A stretch of DNA of 58,422 nucleotides from Thermoanaerobaculia bacterium (GTDB lineage: Bacteria > Acidobacteriota > Thermoanaerobaculia > JALWYX01): the NCBI GenBank assembly GCA_027078415.1, contig JALWYX010000034.1:1-58422 (forward strand), read 5' to 3'. This document shows positions 55,756 through 58,422 of the stretch, piece by piece. The translations under genes were made by a program, and so were the position numbers. Positions within the stretch are counted from its first letter, which is position 1. Each line of letters starts with the position of its first letter. A model generated the notes under the pieces. It was not told the DNA's origin. It saw only the letters and a program-made list of their open reading frames with translations, and did not search any database.

Positions 55756-58419
55756 TCAACCAGTGAGCAAACTTTGTAGAATCTCCTTCACCCTATCTTG
55801 CATAGGGTGAGAAGGAAACCTGCGAATAAAAGCTTTATAATACATTATCGCCTTATCCTTCTGGTTAGATAATCTATACGCATCTCCCAAATAGAGCCAC
55901 AAATCAGGTATTTTAGAATAATCCACAATCGCTTCCTCCAAAATCTCTATAGCTTTTTCCAATTGCCCCAAAGAAATATAAACGTTAGCTAAAAGAGATA
56001 AGCATATAGGTTCTCTCTTTATAGAACAAGCTCTTTCAAAAGATTTTAAAGCTTTTGGAAGTTCCTTTTTAGCTAAATAAACGTTCCCTAAAGCTAACCA
56101 CGCTTTATTCAAGTCGGGTCTTTTGGCTAAAACATTGTTGATGGTATCCAGTGCAACATCAAATTTTCCTTCCTCGAGTAAAATTAGAGTCCAGTTTATC
56201 TTAGCATCTACCAAATCTGGAGTTTCCTTTAAAATTTTCTTCCAAAGAGCTTTTGCCTGCTCTTTATCACCCAAGTAAAACAGTGCTATAGCTTTATTAT
56301 TAAGTATGTCCAATCTGTTAGGATTCAAGTCCAAAGCTTTGTTGTAATACTCCAACGCTTTATCAAAACGCCCAGTCTCACCGTAAAGAGTACCAAGGGT
56401 AAATATGCAATTGATCTGGGGCGTAGGTGAGAATTCTAGAGATTCTAACAAATGAGCTTCGGCATCTATAAAATTGCCTAGTTTAGCTAACATTATGCCT
56501 AATCTACAATGTAAAATATCGCTATCGGGGGTATATTTAAGACCTTTTTTATAAGCTTCTAGAGCAACATCATCCTTTTCCATCCGTTCGTATATCATGG
56601 CAAGTTGATGCCATAAAGATGGCAAGTAGGGATCTATCTTTACAGCCTCTTCTAAAATTTCCACAGCGTATGCCAAATTGTTAGCAGGGAGAAGAACAAC
56701 TTTTACGTATAAACCCATAATTTCAGGTTGTTTAGGGTATTTTTTAAAGAGCTCTTCAGCGATCTTCTGAGCTTGTTCAAGTTTCCCCATCATCATCAAA
56801 ATATTGCTTTTTGTAATAAGAGCCTGTAAATCGTTACTGTCCCTTTTTAACAACTGTTCTATCAATGTAAGCGCTTGCTGTGGGTTGTTTCGCGCATCTA
56901 GTATAGCTAACATGAGCATTACCTGGTTAGGATACGGAACTTTATCCAAAGAAACGACAAGTATTTCACGAGCCTTATCTTCTTCTCCCATTCTCAAGTA
57001 AGTTCTAGCTAATTCCAGCACTCCTACTATATTATGTGGATCCATTTTAAGAAGTTGTGACAACTTATCTACTGCTTCTTTATATTTTTTATTTCTAATC
57101 AAATCCCTACTTTGCTGTATTAAAAAGTCAAAATTTATACCGTCTCTAGGATCTACAGTTGGTGTAAAGGTTGCATCTTTGCTAACACCAACTATATAAC
57201 CAAGAGCCCGTAACTTTTCTATCTCCTCTGGCCCGAGCGGTTTCTCGCTACTTACTTCTTTAGAGGCAGATAACTTTCTGATGCTGTTAAGTATTTCATC
57301 TACCCCCTCTCCAGATTTAAGGGGATCACGCTCTTGACTATCTTTCGAAAGATCAAAAACTTCTGTTCTATCAAGCGAAGTTATAACTTTGATCTGACCT
57401 TTTCTCGCTGCGTATAGCTTCTTCCAACCATAAGTAAAATAAGGAAGAAAAGTTTCGGCAAAAAGAATTCTTTCATTTTTGGTATCTAAATCAGACTTTA
57501 AAATTTGCGATATATCGTATCCATCCACATCTCCGTAATCTTCACCTAGTAGAGATAACAAAGTAGGGTATATATCAACTTGGCTTACAGGTATCTCTAC
57601 ACTTCCAGAAGGACCACCAGGAATTACCAATATAAAAGGTATCCAAAGAGTAGATTGATAAAGAAGGATCCCGTGAGTCAGCTCCTGATGCTCACCTAGG
57701 CTTTCGCCGTGATCTCCTACTATTACAATCAAACTATCTTTAACCTTAGGATCCTTGAGAAGTTCTCCAATCCAATAATCCATATAAGCAATCTCGCCAA
57801 GGTAAAGATTATCTTTATACTTATCCCTGTAAGGAGGGGGAGGAGAATAAACAGCGTGCGGATCGTAGAAATGCACCCATAAGAAAAAAGGCGAATTTCC
57901 TACAGAAGAGAGCCATTTTCTAGCTTCTTTAACTGTATATTCAGCCTTCCTATCTGGGACAACCATAAAACGTCTTTCTATACTACTACTAAGATCGTCA
58001 TCATAAAGGTCAAAGCCTTGTGACAATCCATAAATATCGTCTAAAACAGCTGCGGATACGAAAGCGGCTGTTTTGTATCCCATATTTTTGAACCGTTCTG
58101 CTAGAGTAACAACATCCTCTTTGAGGTAATGAGTACCATTATTGCGTACACCGTGAGATGCAGGATATAACCCTGTCATGATGGAAGAGTGAGCAACTAA
58201 CGTTATAGGAGCAACTGAGAATGCGTTAGTAAATACTATACCTTTCCGCGCCAATCTAGCTATTACAGGAGTAGCATCTACATTTCTGTTGTAGGCAGAA
58301 AGGAAATCTGCCCTTGTTGTATCTAGGGTTATTAGTACGACAGAGGTTTTTGCTTTTACAGGATTTATAGCTTCAACTTTTTGATACGTTGGAATAAAAG
58401 TAGTGCGTTTTATTTTCAA
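55756..58419 (-). CDS. sulfatase-like hydrolase/transferase (alkaline-phosphatase superfamily) fused to a long TPR array; N-terminus possibly beyond the window
   Basis: 887+ aa. VVLITLDTTRADFL, FSVAPITLVAHSSIMTGLYPASHGVRNNG, HFYDPH, GDHGESLGEH, then >=10 TPR motifs. The first codon in the window frame (58419) is a TTG 3 nt from the edge, so the true start is unresolved. Confidence 0.8.
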   Translation of the reverse strand: MKIKRTTFIPTYQKVEAINPVKAKTSVVLITLDTTRADFLSAYNRNVDATPVIARLARKGIVFTNAFSVAPITLVAHSSIMTGLYPASHGVRNNGTHYLKEDVVTLAERFKNMGYKTAAFVSAAVLDDIYGLSQGFDLYDDDLSSSIERRFMVVPDRKAEYTVKEARKWLSSVGNSPFFLWVHFYDPHAVYSPPPPYRDKYKDNLYLGEIAYMDYWIGELLKDPKVKDSLIVIVGDHGESLGEHQELTHGILLYQSTLWIPFILVIPGGPSGSVEIPVSQVDIYPTLLSLLGEDYGDVDGYDISQILKSDLDTKNERILFAETFLPYFTYGWKKLYAARKGQIKVITSLDRTEVFDLSKDSQERDPLKSGEGVDEILNSIRKLSASKEVSSEKPLGPEEIEKLRALGYIVGVSKDATFTPTVDPRDGINFDFLIQQSRDLIRNKKYKEAVDKLSQLLKMDPHNIVGVLELARTYLRMGEEDKAREILVVSLDKVPYPNQVMLMLAILDARNNPQQALTLIEQLLKRDSNDLQALITKSNILMMMGKLEQAQKIAEELFKKYPKQPEIMGLYVKVVLLPANNLAYAVEILEEAVKIDPYLPSLWHQLAMIYERMEKDDVALEAYKKGLKYTPDSDILHCRLGIMLAKLGNFIDAEAHLLESLEFSPTPQINCIFTLGTLYGETGRFDKALEYYNKALDLNPNRLDILNNKAIALFYLGDKEQAKALWKKILKETPDLVDAKINWTLILLEEGKFDVALDTINNVLAKRPDLNKAWLALGNVYLAKKELPKALKSFERACSIKREPICLSLLANVYISLGQLEKAIEILEEAIVDYSKIPDLWLYLGDAYRLSNQKDKAIMYYKAFIRRFPSHPMQDRVKEILQSLLTG

Positions 58420-58422
58420 AAA

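Overview
This 58.4-kb window is an AT-rich, almost gap-free segment of a bacterial chromosome; the longest non-coding stretch is about 117 bp. An LpxL-family acyltransferase, an outer-membrane beta-barrel and lipobox proteins point to a diderm host. The K/E/I-rich proteins and pervasive gene overlaps suggest a compact, possibly thermophilic genome, but that is inference and I cannot name the taxon. I count about 52 protein genes. By eye I found no rRNA, tRNA, CRISPR array, transposase, integrase or prophage signature.

Layout:
- 2-1216: 5'-truncated sigma-54 response regulator.
- 1218-2730: two tandem PlsC-like acyltransferases.
- 2785-11976: a plus-strand block. It holds an atu/liu-like carboxyltransferase-AtuA-DUF4387-crotonase operon, a DsbA-like lipoprotein, manC, an LpxL-family gene, trmB and a YfcH-like gene.
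- 11957-15299: HD hydrolase, eIF-2B-family protein and a DAACS transporter.
- 15271-38684: a 23-kb uninterrupted minus-strand block. It runs glutaminyl cyclase, XRE, then a complete but mraY-less dcw cluster (mraZ-rsmH-ftsL-ftsI-murE-murF-murD-ftsW-murG-murC-ftsQ-ftsA-ftsZ), then VanZ-like, Ser/Thr kinase, PolX, FkbO/Hyg5-type chorismatase, fused E1 alpha-beta dehydrogenase, an FYDLN zinc ribbon and folK.
- 38656-44142: mscS-family channel and metH-metF.
- 44174-49850: a strand-flipping envelope polysaccharide locus (WbaP-type transferase, TPR protein, O-antigen-ligase-like protein, wzm, wzt, glycosyltransferase).
- 48780-53511: a serS-radical SAM-patatin-glycosyltransferase operon.
- 53576-58419: an S8 protease, a small OM barrel and a sulfatase-like/TPR fusion that runs to the window edge.

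I do not see a canonical defence or mobile system. The best candidates for undescribed biology are:
1. The tightly coupled radical-SAM/patatin/glycosyltransferase module.
2. The biotin-carboxylase-less carboxyltransferase-AtuA-DUF4387-crotonase operon.
3. The polX-chorismatase-orphan E1 operon, including a PolX whose polymerase DxD motif is lost.
4. A Ser/Thr kinase with an atypical catalytic loop and six TPR-like motifs at an exact 56-residue period.
5. A four(+1)-box GTGG array with 10-bp phasing in front of mraZ.

All family calls are by-eye motif recognition. No searches were run.
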